A stretch of 64,000 bases of DNA from the NCBI GenBank assembly GCA_047605325.1, contig JASGFX010000002.1, positions 39,642-103,641 of the forward strand, in the 5' to 3' direction. Shown one piece after another: positions 1 through 12,964 of this stretch; the stretch's first letter is position 1, and the number at the start of each line of letters is the position of its first letter. Both the position numbers and the translations under genes were made by a program. Source of the stretch: Solirubrobacterales bacterium (GTDB taxonomy: Bacteria; Actinomycetota; Thermoleophilia; Solirubrobacterales; JACPNS01). The notes beneath the pieces were generated by a model, which saw nothing but the letters and a program-made list of their open reading frames with translations, made no database searches and had not been told where the DNA came from.

Positions 1-252
1 GTTGACGCGCTCTGGCCGTCGGTACTCCAGCCGCTGCGCACACCCACGATGGCGCCGACCCTCGATCTCACGACGCACATCCGCGCCGACATCCCGCCGG
101 AAGGGCTGCCCGACCAGCCGCTGCTCGTGCACAACGTTTCGCGCGCGGTCGGCAACGGTCTCGCCGACTCCGATTCGTTCGTGTTCGCGACCGACGGAAC
201 GCTGCTCGCGCAGGGACGCCAGTTGCAGCTCGTTCAACCGCTCGAAGTCTGA
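1..252 (+). CDS. Acyl-CoA thioesterase (TesB-like double hotdog) family protein, C-terminal part; truncated by the window start
   Basis: Frame 1 is open from base 1 (VDALWPSVLQ...MAPTLDLTTHIR...DGTLLAQGRQL), resembling the thioesterase-family C-terminus (D..wP, PTlDLTxH, DG.LlAqsRQ). Confidence 0.65.
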   Translation, partial: VDALWPSVLQPLRTPTMAPTLDLTTHIRADIPPEGLPDQPLLVHNVSRAVGNGLADSDSFVFATDGTLLAQGRQLQLVQPLEV

Positions 253-302
253 CCAATCGTGCGGCATAATGCGGGCATCGCAGGCGACCCCCGCATCACT
301 CC

Positions 303-1061
303 ATGACGCAAGCGCAAGGCACGCAACCACAGCCGCAGCGCCTCGGCCTGCCTGCGCAGATCACCACGCTGTTGTTCGATCTCGATGGGGTGATCACGAA
401 GACGGCAGTCGTCCACGCCGCCGCATGGAAAGAGATGTTCGACACTTTCCTCGCCGCGCACGGCCAACCTCCATTCGATCCGCGCGCCGACTACGACCGT
501 TTCGTCGATGGCAAACCGCGCTACGACGGCGTGCGCTCGCTACTCGCCTCGCGCGGCATCACTCTCCCCGACGGTGATCCGAGTGACCCGCCCGACGCTC
601 AGACCGTCTGCGGGCTCGGCAACCGGAAGAACGACCTGGTCCAGACGATCATCGCGCGCGACGGGGTGGAGGCGTATCCGGGAACCGTGCGCTACATCGA
701 GATCGCCAAACAGAGCGGTGTGCGCCTCGCCGTCGTCTCGTCGAGCGCAAACTGCCGCGCGATACTTCAGAGCTGCGGGCTGATTGACGATTTCGAAGAG
801 ATAATGGACGGAGTCGTGGCAGCCGAAAGGCACATAAAGGGGAAGCCGGCCCCGGACACCTTCATCGCCGCCGCCGAGGCGCTCGGCGCGGGAGTGGGGG
901 AGGCAGTCGTATTCGAGGACGCACTGGCCGGCGTTCAGGCCGGACGCGAGGGCGCGTTCGGATTCGTGGTGGGCGTCGACCGCGTCGGACAGTCCGCCGA
1001 GCTGAAAGCGCACGGCGCCGACATCGTCGTGGGCGACCTCGAGGAGCTGATCGCGGAGTGA
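303..1061 (+). CDS. Beta-phosphoglucomutase-family HAD hydrolase
   Basis: HAD motifs FDLDGVIT, VSSS, GKPAPD and VFEDALAG; stop overlaps the start of the GH65 gene, a common pairing. Confidence 0.9.
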   Translation: MTQAQGTQPQPQRLGLPAQITTLLFDLDGVITKTAVVHAAAWKEMFDTFLAAHGQPPFDPRADYDRFVDGKPRYDGVRSLLASRGITLPDGDPSDPPDAQTVCGLGNRKNDLVQTIIARDGVEAYPGTVRYIEIAKQSGVRLAVVSSSANCRAILQSCGLIDDFEEIMDGVVAAERHIKGKPAPDTFIAAAEALGAGVGEAVVFEDALAGVQAGREGAFGFVVGVDRVGQSAELKAHGADIVVGDLEELIAE

Positions 1062-3496
1062 TGACAGAACTCGCCGCGATGCAGATCGACGCCTGGGCGC
1101 TGCGCGAGACAGAGTTGCGGATCGGCGCACTGGCCCAGACCGAGTCGCTCTTCGCGCTTTCAAACGGTCACATCGGCATGCGCGGCAATCTCGACGAGGG
1201 CGAACCGACGGGACAGATCGGCACCTTCCTGAACGGTGTCTACGAAATCCGTCCGCTGCCGCACGCCGAGACTGCCTACGGCTATCCCGAGGCCGGGGAG
1301 ACCGTCGTGTCTGTGCCCAACGGCAAATTGATCCGTCTGCTCGTCGACGACGAATTGATGGACGCGCGCTACGGCACGGTGCTTCGCCACGAACGCGTGC
1401 TCGACTTTCGTGACGGGATCCTCAGGCGCACGATGCACTGGCGCTCGCCGACCGGGCAGGAGGTGCTCGTCGAATCCAAGCGCCTTGTCTCGCTGCACCA
1501 GCGAGGTTCGGCCGCGATTCTCTACGAGGTCACTCCGATCAACGCGGAGATGCAGCTCGTGGTCCAGTCGGAGCTGGTCGCCAACGGCGAAGAAATAGCC
1601 GATCATCACGATCCGAGCGATCCGCGTATGGCCGCCGTGCTCGAGCGTCCGTTGCAGAGCGAAGAGCATTTTCTCCATGACGAGATGGCGATGTTGATCC
1701 ACCGCACCAAGAACAGCGGCATCCGAGTGGCATCGGCGATGGATCACCAGATCACCGGCCCTGAGGACATGTACATCGAGAGCGAGACCGGCGATGACAT
1801 CGGCCGCGTCACCGTGACCGCGCGCGTACCGGCCGGTCAGAAGCTGTCCGTGCTCAAGCATCTGGCTTATGGTTGGTCGGGGCGGCGCTCACGCTCGTCC
1901 GTTCGTGCGCAGGTGCGCGGAAGCCTCTCGGAGGCCCGCCACACCGGCTGGGACGGACTCGTCGCCAAACAAAAGGAGTTTCTCGCGGAATTCTGGGACA
2001 ACGCGGACGTGCTCGTCGAGGGCGACGACGAGATGCAGCAGGCCGTGCGTTTTGCCCTCTTTCATCTGCTTCAGGCCAGCGCACGCGGAGAGCGGCGTGC
2101 GATCCCGGCCAAGGGCCTGACTGGTTCGGGCTACGACGGACACGCATTCTGGGACACAGAGACGTTCGTACTCCCGGTGATGACCTACACCTGGCCCCAG
2201 GCGGCGCGCGACGCCCTGCACTGGCGCCACAACACGCTGGACATGGCGCGCGAGCGAGCGAAGCAACTGAGCCTCGATGGGGCGACGTTCCCGTGGCGCA
2301 CGATCGCCGGGCGCGAGTGCTCTGGCTACTGGCCGGCGAGCACGGCGGCATTCCACGTATCGGCCGACGTCTCGGACGCGGTTCTCAGATACGTGCGCGC
2401 GACCGGAGACGAAGACTTCCACGAAGAGGTCGGTGTGCCGATTCTCGTCGAGACCGCGCGCATGTGGCTCAAGCTCGGCGCGTACGACAATCGCGGCGAG
2501 TTCCGCATCGCGGGCGTCACCGGCCCCGACGAATACTCCGCGATCGTCGACAACAACGTCTACACGAACCTGATGGCGGCGCGCAACCTGCGCGGGGCAG
2601 CCGCGGCGGCGGTGCGCTTTCCCGAGGCCGCCGCGACCCTGGATCTCGGGCCTGAAGAGCCCGAGGCGTGGCTGGCAGCAGCCGATGCGATTCACATCCC
2701 GTACGACGAAGTACGCAAGGTTCATCCGCAGGCCGACAACTTCACACACCACGAGGTCTGGCCGTTCGACGAGATGACCCCATCGGACTACCCGCTGATG
2801 CTCAACTATCCGTACTTCGACCTCTACCGCAAGCAGGTGATCAAGCAGGCCGACCTCGTGCTCGCTCTGTTCACCAACGGTGACTACTTCACGCCGGAGC
2901 AGAAGCGCCGCAACTTCGAGTACTACGAGGCCGTCACGGTGCGCGATTCATCGCTCTCGGCCTGCGGCCAGGCGGTGGTGGCCGCCGAGACCGGCCACCT
3001 CGAACTTGCGTACAAGTACCTCCAGGAGACGGCGCTCGTCGATCTCCACAACCTCGCCCACAACACGAGTGACGGGCTCCACCTCGCCGCGTCGGCCGGC
3101 ACCTGGCTAGGCCTGGTCTGTGGATTCGGTGGCTTCAGGGACTACTACGAACTGCCGACGTTCGCACCGCGGCTACCGGAAAACCTTTCACGGCTCGCCT
3201 TCAACCTGCGACTGGGCGAGAGCACCCTGCGCGTCGACGTGACGCCCACAGAGGCGACCTACAGCGTCGTGCGCGGACCGGCCGTGTCGATAACCCATTG
3301 CGGCGAACAGCTCGTCGTCGCCGTCGATGCGCCCGTCTCGCGCAAGATCGAAGAGATCCCGCCGCCGTCGCCGGTCAAGCAACCCAAGGGCCGCGCCCCG
3401 GACGAAATCAAAACGACCGGCACGCAACTCGACGAGACCGGCGCGCTGCTCGAGGTTGAAGGCGACTACCCGCACCAGGCGGGTCACGCCGTCTAG
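1058..3496 (+). CDS. Glycoside hydrolase family 65 (trehalose/maltose/kojibiose phosphorylase-like)
   Basis: ESLFALSNGHIGMRG, AKGLTGSGYDGHAFWDTE, VTGPDEY, KQVIKQAD and DSSLS motifs. Confidence 0.93.
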   Translation: MMTELAAMQIDAWALRETELRIGALAQTESLFALSNGHIGMRGNLDEGEPTGQIGTFLNGVYEIRPLPHAETAYGYPEAGETVVSVPNGKLIRLLVDDELMDARYGTVLRHERVLDFRDGILRRTMHWRSPTGQEVLVESKRLVSLHQRGSAAILYEVTPINAEMQLVVQSELVANGEEIADHHDPSDPRMAAVLERPLQSEEHFLHDEMAMLIHRTKNSGIRVASAMDHQITGPEDMYIESETGDDIGRVTVTARVPAGQKLSVLKHLAYGWSGRRSRSSVRAQVRGSLSEARHTGWDGLVAKQKEFLAEFWDNADVLVEGDDEMQQAVRFALFHLLQASARGERRAIPAKGLTGSGYDGHAFWDTETFVLPVMTYTWPQAARDALHWRHNTLDMARERAKQLSLDGATFPWRTIAGRECSGYWPASTAAFHVSADVSDAVLRYVRATGDEDFHEEVGVPILVETARMWLKLGAYDNRGEFRIAGVTGPDEYSAIVDNNVYTNLMAARNLRGAAAAAVRFPEAAATLDLGPEEPEAWLAAADAIHIPYDEVRKVHPQADNFTHHEVWPFDEMTPSDYPLMLNYPYFDLYRKQVIKQADLVLALFTNGDYFTPEQKRRNFEYYEAVTVRDSSLSACGQAVVAAETGHLELAYKYLQETALVDLHNLAHNTSDGLHLAASAGTWLGLVCGFGGFRDYYELPTFAPRLPENLSRLAFNLRLGESTLRVDVTPTEATYSVVRGPAVSITHCGEQLVVAVDAPVSRKIEEIPPPSPVKQPKGRAPDEIKTTGTQLDETGALLEVEGDYPHQAGHAV

Positions 3497-3858
3497 CGAC
3501 CGGCCGGATCGAACGAGATCGGCCCGCGCTGACCAAAGTCGTCGCGCGGATCGCCCAGCGTCTCGATCGGCAGAGCGGTGACGATCTGCGGACGGCCGTT
3601 GGCGCGAAACGCGATGTCCACGCCGTCGTTGGCGCGGTAGGTGTTGCCGATCCCGAGGAACATCGAGAACCAGCGCCAGAAGCCAAGTCGCTCCTCGCGC
3701 ACGAGCACGGCCCTGAAGAAGAGGTGGTTGCCGTTCACCACATAGTCGGTGCCACGCGTCTGCTCGATGCCGTTGACGAACACCTGGAATGGAGGAATGA
3801 GCCCGTCGGGCAGTTGAACGCGTGCGCCGGGTTCAAAGTTGATCGAGTCGGAGGTCAT
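3493..3858 (-). CDS. Hypothetical protein
   Basis: ORF MTSDSINFEPG... with QVFVNGIEQTRGTDY; TACGCT -10-like box 7 nt before the ATG; fills the gap between neighbours. Confidence 0.65.
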   Translation of the reverse strand: MTSDSINFEPGARVQLPDGLIPPFQVFVNGIEQTRGTDYVVNGNHLFFRAVLVREERLGFWRWFSMFLGIGNTYRANDGVDIAFRANGRPQIVTALPIETLGDPRDDFGQRGPISFDPAGR

Positions 3859-3901
3859 TGATCCCAGCGTATCTCCGCCGGCGCATCTACTGTCGAGCGA
3901 G

Positions 3902-5188
3902 ATGCCCACAACAGTCGGAAGGCACCCGCATCACTCGCTCGTTCGCAGGCGCCGGGCGCTCCTGCGCACCGGCGGCGTGGCAGCGTTGCTTGCTGTGGTC
4001 GGACCGGGCGTACTCGCGGGCCTGTCCGATGACGACCCGGCTGGGATCACGACCTATTCGGTGCTGGGCGCGAAGTACGGGTATTCGATGATCTGGGTCC
4101 TGACGCTCTCGACACTCGCCCTGATCGCCTTCCACATGCTGTCGGCGCGGATCGGGGTGGTGACCCGGAAGGGCCTGGTCTCCCTGCTGCGCGAGCAGTA
4201 CGGGGTGCGGGCCGCCCGCACCGTCGTGACCGCATTGGTGATCGCAAACCTCGGCACGCTTTGCGCAGAGTTCGCCGGGGTCGCGGCGGGAATGGACCTG
4301 ATCGGCGGCGTCAGCAAGTACGTGAGCGTCCCGCTGGTCGCGTTGATCGTGTCGTTGCTCGTGCTGCGCGGTTCCTTCAAGTACGTCGAACACGTGCTGC
4401 TGCTGATCAGCGCGGTTTTCGTTGCCTATGTGGCAGCCGGAATCCTTTCGCACCCCGACTGGGGCGCTGCCGCGCGAGGCGCGATCGTGCCATCCCTGCC
4501 GTTGACGCGCGAAGCGGTTCTGATCACTGTGGCGACGATCGGGACGACGCTTGCGCCGTGGGGACTCGCGTTCATTCAGTCTTACGCCGTGAACAAGGGT
4601 CTGAGACCGAGGGATCTGAAGTTCGAGAACATCGACGTGGTGACCGGCGCGGTCATGACGGGAGTGATCGGCTTCTTCGTCGTCGTCGCCTGCGCAGCGA
4701 CGCTTCACGTTTCTGGCACAGAGATCGTCGACGCACGCGACGCAGCCGAGGCACTCAGACCAGTGGCCGGAACGGCCGCGGCGACGCTTTTCGGTGTTGG
4801 GATTCTTGGCGCAGCGATCCTCGCGGCCGCGATCGTGCCGCTCTCGACGGCATACTCGGTGTCGGAGGCTCGCGGCCGGCCGGCTGACCTCGACGATTCC
4901 TTCGGCCAGGCCAAGGGTTTCTATTTGGCATTCATCGCCTCGATGCTCGTGGGCGTGACAGTCGTGCTGATTCCCGGAGTGCCGTTGATCGACATCCTCG
5001 TGTTGACGCAGGCGTTGAACGCCGTACTGCTCCTGCCGATTCTCCCATTCATACATCGTGTCTCGCGTCGCCGGGACGTGATGGGCGAGTACGCGATCGG
5101 CCGCTGGGGCGCGATTGCGACCGGTTCGGCGCTGTTGCTGATCTTCGCCTCGGTGGCCGCGCTGGCCGTGCTCGAACTCGGATTCTGA
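3902..5188 (+). CDS. Nramp-family divalent cation transporter (NRMT/Mg2+-type-like clade)
   Basis: Many hydrophobic helices; GPG..AGLSDDDPAGITTYS and GTTLAPW motifs instead of the canonical MntH DPGN; start chosen at ATG 3902. Confidence 0.85.
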   Translation: MPTTVGRHPHHSLVRRRRALLRTGGVAALLAVVGPGVLAGLSDDDPAGITTYSVLGAKYGYSMIWVLTLSTLALIAFHMLSARIGVVTRKGLVSLLREQYGVRAARTVVTALVIANLGTLCAEFAGVAAGMDLIGGVSKYVSVPLVALIVSLLVLRGSFKYVEHVLLLISAVFVAYVAAGILSHPDWGAAARGAIVPSLPLTREAVLITVATIGTTLAPWGLAFIQSYAVNKGLRPRDLKFENIDVVTGAVMTGVIGFFVVVACAATLHVSGTEIVDARDAAEALRPVAGTAAATLFGVGILGAAILAAAIVPLSTAYSVSEARGRPADLDDSFGQAKGFYLAFIASMLVGVTVVLIPGVPLIDILVLTQALNAVLLLPILPFIHRVSRRRDVMGEYAIGRWGAIATGSALLLIFASVAALAVLELGF

Positions 5189-5222
5189 CCTCGCGCTGCG
5201 GACCGGACGGGTTCTATCCTGA

Positions 5223-7866
<2,644 letters not shown>

Positions 7867-7867
<1 letters not shown>

Positions 7868-8112
7868 TACTGATTCTGCGCGGCATTGAAGCCGAGCCAG
7901 CCGGTATAGGCCAGCAGGCCCAGGAATCCAAGCTTGCGGGTCTTGCCGCATGCGATCGCGAGGCCGACACCGGTCTCGATCGCGCCGTTCTGTTGGATCG
8001 CCTGATCGGTGTTGTGGGGGAATGCGACCTTCGTCATGTCTCTGAACAGGTCGGGCTGAATGAAGTGCGCGATGCCTGTGGCGGCGATCACGAGTCCAAG
8101 AAGTTTGTTCAT
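7867..8112 (-). CDS. Small DoxX-like membrane protein
   Basis: ATGIAHFIQPDLF...NGAIETGVGLA; hydrophobic 81 aa; stop overlaps the next start. Confidence 0.7.
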
Positions 8113-8122
8113 GCGGCGGAGA

Positions 8123-9301
8123 CTAGCGACGGCCGGCTGAATCGCCCCCGAGCACCGATCCGGCGAGGACGGCGGCGGTCAACAGGACGACCGCGGTGAC
8201 GGCGGCGGGGAGGAGGTCGCTGGAGGCAGCGAGTGCCCCGGCGCTCAGAGCGCCGAGCATCTGGCCGCCGCCGAAGGCCACATTCGTGAAACCGGAGGCG
8301 TAGCCCTGATCGATCCCGGCACCGCTCGCCCGGTCGGCCGTCAGCGCAAGCGCAGGCGCGAAGGCCATCCCTGCTGCGAACGAGAAGCAGAGCAGCGCGG
8401 CTGCCACGAGCCAGCGCGCATCGAGCGTCGCGATGCCGAGAATCGCGAAGGTCGCGAGTATGGCGCCGAGCTGGAACGGCGCCTGTCTGCCCACGCGATC
8501 GCTGATCCGGCCCGTCAGCGGACCTACAAAGGTCTCGACGATCGATCCGGCCGCGAATGCAAGCGCAATCATCACGGCGCTGGCGCCGAGCGAGTCGAGC
8601 CTGAGCGGCGCCAGCACGATCACGACGCCGAACGCGAAGGCGGCCGCTCCGAGCAGCCACACCGACGGGAGAACGCCGGTTCCGCGGATCGCCGACGGAA
8701 GGGTGCGCAACGAGCTGCTTCCGATTCGTCTCGCCTCCGGGAGTGGGAACGCGCACGCGAAGATCACCGCTGAGACGAGGGCGATCGCTCCGAACACGAC
8801 GTCCTTGCCCAGCGCATGCGCGAGAGCGCCGATCGGCGCACCAAGCATCTCGCCGACGGTGGCCGCCGCAACAAGAACACCGATCAGTTCTCCGCGCCGA
8901 TCCTCCGGTCCGCTCGAGATCACCCAGCTCATGGCGCCGACCCAGAGCAGCGCTCCACTCGCACCCTGCATGAACCGGGAAACGTCCAAGAGCCATACCG
9001 CCTCGGCGACCCCAAACGCGACGCTGAACAGGCCCATCCCGACCAGTCCGAGCAGAACTGCGGGCTTGGCGCCGTGCTTCGCGGCGTACCAGCCACCCGG
9101 TATCGCGAAGATCAGCACCCCGGCGCCGTAGCTTCCGGTCAGCACGCCGGCACTGGTTGAACTGAGATCGAGCTCGCGGGTCAGTGTCGGCAGAATCGGT
9201 GCGAGCGCGGCGAAGAACGCCGCGTCCAGGAACACTACGGCGAAACAGATCGCGAGGAGGCGCCGCATGCGCCGCAGATCATTCGCAGCTAGAGGGTCCA
9301 C
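8123..9301 (-). CDS. MFS transporter
   Basis: About 12 TM segments; motif A-like GRISDRVGRQ; SRFMQG. Confidence 0.9.
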   Translation of the reverse strand: MDPLAANDLRRMRRLLAICFAVVFLDAAFFAALAPILPTLTRELDLSSTSAGVLTGSYGAGVLIFAIPGGWYAAKHGAKPAVLLGLVGMGLFSVAFGVAEAVWLLDVSRFMQGASGALLWVGAMSWVISSGPEDRRGELIGVLVAAATVGEMLGAPIGALAHALGKDVVFGAIALVSAVIFACAFPLPEARRIGSSSLRTLPSAIRGTGVLPSVWLLGAAAFAFGVVIVLAPLRLDSLGASAVMIALAFAAGSIVETFVGPLTGRISDRVGRQAPFQLGAILATFAILGIATLDARWLVAAALLCFSFAAGMAFAPALALTADRASGAGIDQGYASGFTNVAFGGGQMLGALSAGALAASSDLLPAAVTAVVLLTAAVLAGSVLGGDSAGRR

Positions 9302-9313
9302 ACAAGACCCCCG

Positions 9314-10771
9314 TCAGATGACTGAGAGGTCTCGCTCGGCCGCGGCGAGCTTGAGCCTGAGGCGCTCACGCTCAGAAGCCACCGTCGGCTCGTTGAAGCG
9401 TGGGTGCCGCGGATGCGCAAGGTTGTGCAGCTCGAGCGGGTCTTCTTGAAGGTCGTACATCTCGTATTCGACGGGAAAGCTTCCATCGTGATGGAAGTAG
9501 CGCGCGAACTTGAACCGCGATTCGCGAATGCAGCGGATGCGCCCGGACGCTGGAAGAATCTCCTTGACGAGGCCGGTGCCCGCGTGCATGTCGTCGAACG
9601 TGAACATCACGTGGTCCTGCACCGGTCCCGCAGCGGGATCGTGGAGCAGGGGGGAGAGGTCAGTGCCGAAATGCTCTTCTGGCGGTTCGGTGCCGGCGAG
9701 TGCGGCAAGGGTGGGAACGAGATCGACGAGCGACGCCGGGTGCTCGGTCTCGCGTGCTTCGGGAAAAAGCTCCGGGTTCGAGACGATCAGCGGCACTCTC
9801 AGTGTCTCTTCGTAGACGTTGAAGGCCTTCTGGCGAAGGCCGCCGTGAGCAAGGCCCAGTTCGCCGTGGTCTGCAAATCGGACCACCACCGTGTCGCGGC
9901 CGAGCTGAGTCGGCTCGCCGGCCTCGTCGTAGAGGAGATCGAGCAGCACGCCGGTCTGGCGGTCGATCTGGGCGGTCAGGTTGGCGTAGAAGTTCAGGTA
10001 CTTCAGGCGGTCCCGATCGGTTGCGAGGGCGCCCACCGCCATGTCGATCGCGGGAGCCATTGCGGCGTGTGCAGTCGGCTTGAGGTTCGCGCGCAGATCC
10101 TCGTTGAACGTCTCGGGCAGCTGCACCGAGCCTTCAAGTGCTGTCGCGTCGTAATCGTCGGACCAGTCGTTTGGAAAGCCGAGCACGTCGTGCGGGTTGA
10201 CCAACGAAACGACCAGGCAGAACGGGCTTTCGCCCGGCGACGCTGCGCGCTGGGAGAGAAACTCGACCGCCTGCTCGATGTATGCAGCGTCGTAGTCCGC
10301 GCGTCCGCCGCCGAAGTTCTGCGACCGCGTGTCATGGCCGGCATCGGGGGCGATCCAGCCGTCGAAGCCAAAGGCTTCGAGGTCCGCGGGCTGAGGTTGA
10401 CATGTGCCGTCGGCGCCCTTGGTGACATGCCACTTGCCGCGCCAGTGGACGTCGTATCCAGCGGCCTTGAGCATCTTGCCGAAGTTTGGAAGCTCGGGGC
10501 TGAGCTGCGTCTCGGTGAACGAAAAGGGGCCATCGTCCGTGAGCGTGTCGACGACGCGGTGCCGCGCCGGCATCAGTCCGGAGATGAACGTCGAACGACT
10601 AGGGCTGCACATCGCCGAATTGCACGTTGCGTTCTTGAAGTTGATGCCGTGGCGCAGCATGCGCTCGCGCGTCGGCATCGTCGCCTCGGCGAGCCCTTCC
10701 GGCCAATGCATCGGCGGGCGCTCCTGGTCGGTGATGATCAGAAGCAGATTCGGACGTTCACGCAGGCTCAT
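9314..10771 (-). CDS. Cys-type (formylglycine-dependent) sulfatase
   Basis: PNLLLIITDQ, signature CSPSR, GKWH, NPHD, ADHG and EMYDLQEDPLE. Confidence 0.92.
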   Translation of the reverse strand: MSLRERPNLLLIITDQERPPMHWPEGLAEATMPTRERMLRHGINFKNATCNSAMCSPSRSTFISGLMPARHRVVDTLTDDGPFSFTETQLSPELPNFGKMLKAAGYDVHWRGKWHVTKGADGTCQPQPADLEAFGFDGWIAPDAGHDTRSQNFGGGRADYDAAYIEQAVEFLSQRAASPGESPFCLVVSLVNPHDVLGFPNDWSDDYDATALEGSVQLPETFNEDLRANLKPTAHAAMAPAIDMAVGALATDRDRLKYLNFYANLTAQIDRQTGVLLDLLYDEAGEPTQLGRDTVVVRFADHGELGLAHGGLRQKAFNVYEETLRVPLIVSNPELFPEARETEHPASLVDLVPTLAALAGTEPPEEHFGTDLSPLLHDPAAGPVQDHVMFTFDDMHAGTGLVKEILPASGRIRCIRESRFKFARYFHHDGSFPVEYEMYDLQEDPLELHNLAHPRHPRFNEPTVASERERLRLKLAAAERDLSVI

Positions 10772-10995
10772 GCGTGAGATGCGTGAGAGCGAACCCGGCC
10801 GAAGGCAAAGTACGCCACCGGCCCGAAGAAGTTCACCGCGAGCGCCGCGTACCAGAGCTTCTTGGGCCCGCGGATCGCCTCGGGAGCGCGATTGTGAATG
10901 TCACGCGCAGCGAGAAGCTTGAGCAGCAGCTCCAGGGCCGCGGCGGCGATCAGATAGGGACGTTGCTGTGGTGGTATCGAGCGCTTTTCCTGCAT
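10768..10995 (-). CDS. Small membrane protein with PLDc N-terminal-like domain
   Basis: IRGPKKLW...VNFFGPVAYFAFGR motif; TAGTCT box 7 nt before the ATG; stop overlaps the sulfatase ATG. Confidence 0.75.
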   Translation of the reverse strand: MQEKRSIPPQQRPYLIAAAALELLLKLLAARDIHNRAPEAIRGPKKLWYAALAVNFFGPVAYFAFGRVRSHASHA

Positions 10996-11060
10996 CGGGC
11001 TGAGACTAGCCCCACAGGGCGGCCGCGACGCCGCCCCGCAATACTCGTATATTCGACACA

Positions 11061-11321
11061 ATGGTCTTTGCGATTCTGCTCTTCCTGCTCCTGCTCATCG
11101 TCGCGCTTGCAATTGCGCTGTATGCCCGGCGCTCTCCTCGTCTGAGCCGCGCTGAGATCGAGAAGATCGGACCGATGCCGACGGGTCCGATCAATCCCGG
11201 AACCGGGTATCTGTTCCCCGGACAGGGCCAGCTCAAGGACGCGGATCACCGCGAGACAGCGGTGACTGCGGTCGATCCTCACGACGAGCGGCCGTTGCCG
11301 CCCGGGATCAAGCGCTCCTGA
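11061..11321 (+). CDS. Hypothetical single-pass membrane protein
   Basis: N-terminal hydrophobic helix; TATATT box 7 nt before the ATG. Confidence 0.6.
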   Translation: MVFAILLFLLLLIVALAIALYARRSPRLSRAEIEKIGPMPTGPINPGTGYLFPGQGQLKDADHRETAVTAVDPHDERPLPPGIKRS

Positions 11322-11323
11322 GC

Positions 11324-11929
11324 TCAGCCCGTTCTGCGGTAGCGAATGTGCGTCGCAAGGGGAGAGTGCAGCACCTCGGCAGGCTCGAACGGGAAATCTT
11401 CCGAACCGTCGAAGATCCGCTCACCTGATCCGAGCAGAACCGGAGCGACATCGAGCGTGAGCTCGTCGATGACTCCGGCGGAGAGCGCCTGGCGCACGGT
11501 TGACGCGCCGCCGGCGATGTCGACGCCCTTCCCGTCTGAGATCTCGACGGCCCGGGAGTAGGCAGAGTCGAATCCGTCGGTCACGAAGTGGAAGATCGTG
11601 CCGCCCTCCATCTCGATCGGCTCGTGCGGGTGATGAGTGAGGACGAACACCGGGGCGTGGTAGGGCGGCTCCGAACCCCACCAGCCGGTCCATTCATCGT
11701 CCCAATCGCCACGGATCGGACCGTACATGTTGCGACCCATGACGTACGCGCCGCGAGGGCGCATCAGCCACTCCGCCGCCGCGGCGTTCTCCGCGGTCGC
11801 CCTCGGGTCGCCGAGGTGCCATCTGTGCAGGTCCCTGCCGCGAACTCCAAGGGGATTCTCAAAGCTCTGGCGCGGTCCGGCCACAAAGCCGTCCAGCGAG
11901 ATCGACATGTGACATGTGGTGTCAGACAT
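11324..11929 (-). CDS. Dihydrofolate reductase-like (RibD C-terminal domain) protein
   Basis: SISLDGFVAGP, VMGRNMY, PVFVLTH, IAGGAS and PVLLGSGERIF. Confidence 0.9.
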   Translation of the reverse strand: MSDTTCHMSISLDGFVAGPRQSFENPLGVRGRDLHRWHLGDPRATAENAAAAEWLMRPRGAYVMGRNMYGPIRGDWDDEWTGWWGSEPPYHAPVFVLTHHPHEPIEMEGGTIFHFVTDGFDSAYSRAVEISDGKGVDIAGGASTVRQALSAGVIDELTLDVAPVLLGSGERIFDGSEDFPFEPAEVLHSPLATHIRYRRTG

Positions 11930-11965
11930 GGGACCACAGTATTCGCATCCGGCGGCCGGCGCGCA

Positions 11966-12886
11966 CTAACGACGCAGCATTTTCTGAAGCTGCCGTGCGA
12001 GGCGCACCGATGTTTCGATCTCGACGCGGCGGATCGAGACGCTCTCGACGTTGAGCCCGAACGGCATTCCGAGGCTCCGGCAGTAGTCGATCAGTTCGGC
12101 CGCGATCGCAATGGCCTGTTGATACGAAGCCTCAAGCGGATCACTGGAGTGCGCAAGGTCGTTCTCGATCCAACGCGGTACGTCGACGCCGAGCCAGCGC
12201 AAGAAGTTCAAGGTCTTCGTCGAGCCGCACGGGGCGAATGTGAAAACGAGCGGCGCGGGGGCGAGTTCGCGAGCCTCGCACTCGTAGTGGTAGTCGGAGA
12301 CGAGATTCTTCGCTGCATTGACGTCGTAGACGACCTGTGTCACAAAAAAGCGACAGCCGGCATCCTGCTTGGAGAGCAGTCGCAGATGCTCGTCGGCGCG
12401 AAGGGTGTGTCGTTCGGGGATCGCGACTCCGCCGAGCAGCAGATCTGGATTGATTTCGCGGCGCAAGTCCTGTGCGTCGGCCAGCGACAGGCGCGAGACC
12501 TTGTCGCGCGAAGGCGCTCCGACGAGAACTGTGAGAACCCGTCCGGGATCCTGGCGTTCGAGCCATCCCTGGAGGCTCTCCGCCGAGTACTTGCTCGCGG
12601 CGCGATAAACCACGACTGGGGTCTTCAGGGCCGTCAGGTGTTCGGAGAGGTAGTCGGCCGGATCGATCGTCGGCATGAACGGAAACGGCCGCTCAGCGGG
12701 GTTCCGCGCGCTCTCGTCGTCGATGTCGTACAGGATCACGCCGTCGGGCTCAAACGCGTCGAGCCGCGCGACGATGGCGTCTGCGATTTCCTGCGCGCGG
12801 TTGGGATCCGTCGTCAGGGACGGCGGCGTGAGCGCGAAAAGCAGGAATTCCCCGCTACCGGCCTCGATTCGACGGATCAGATCCAT
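11966..12886 (-). CDS. Methylenetetrahydrofolate reductase-like protein (atypical family)
   Basis: LTPP, YDIDDES.R...RPFPF, LLGGVAIPERH and KQDAGCRFFVTQVVYD (MTHFR-like K..aGa.ffiTQ). Confidence 0.7.
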   Translation of the reverse strand: MDLIRRIEAGSGEFLLFALTPPSLTTDPNRAQEIADAIVARLDAFEPDGVILYDIDDESARNPAERPFPFMPTIDPADYLSEHLTALKTPVVVYRAASKYSAESLQGWLERQDPGRVLTVLVGAPSRDKVSRLSLADAQDLRREINPDLLLGGVAIPERHTLRADEHLRLLSKQDAGCRFFVTQVVYDVNAAKNLVSDYHYECEARELAPAPLVFTFAPCGSTKTLNFLRWLGVDVPRWIENDLAHSSDPLEASYQQAIAIAAELIDYCRSLGMPFGLNVESVSIRRVEIETSVRLARQLQKMLRR

Positions 12887-12964
12887 CGGCGGGACGGTAC
12901 CGGGGAAAAATTCCCTTTACGCACGATAATTGACGTTATGTGAACTTCTCCAGGAAGAGCGGCG

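Noticed and set aside
10770-10788. ATGCGTGAG direct repeat at the sulfatase start
   Set aside because: Only two 9-bp copies, inside coding sequence; compatible with chance.
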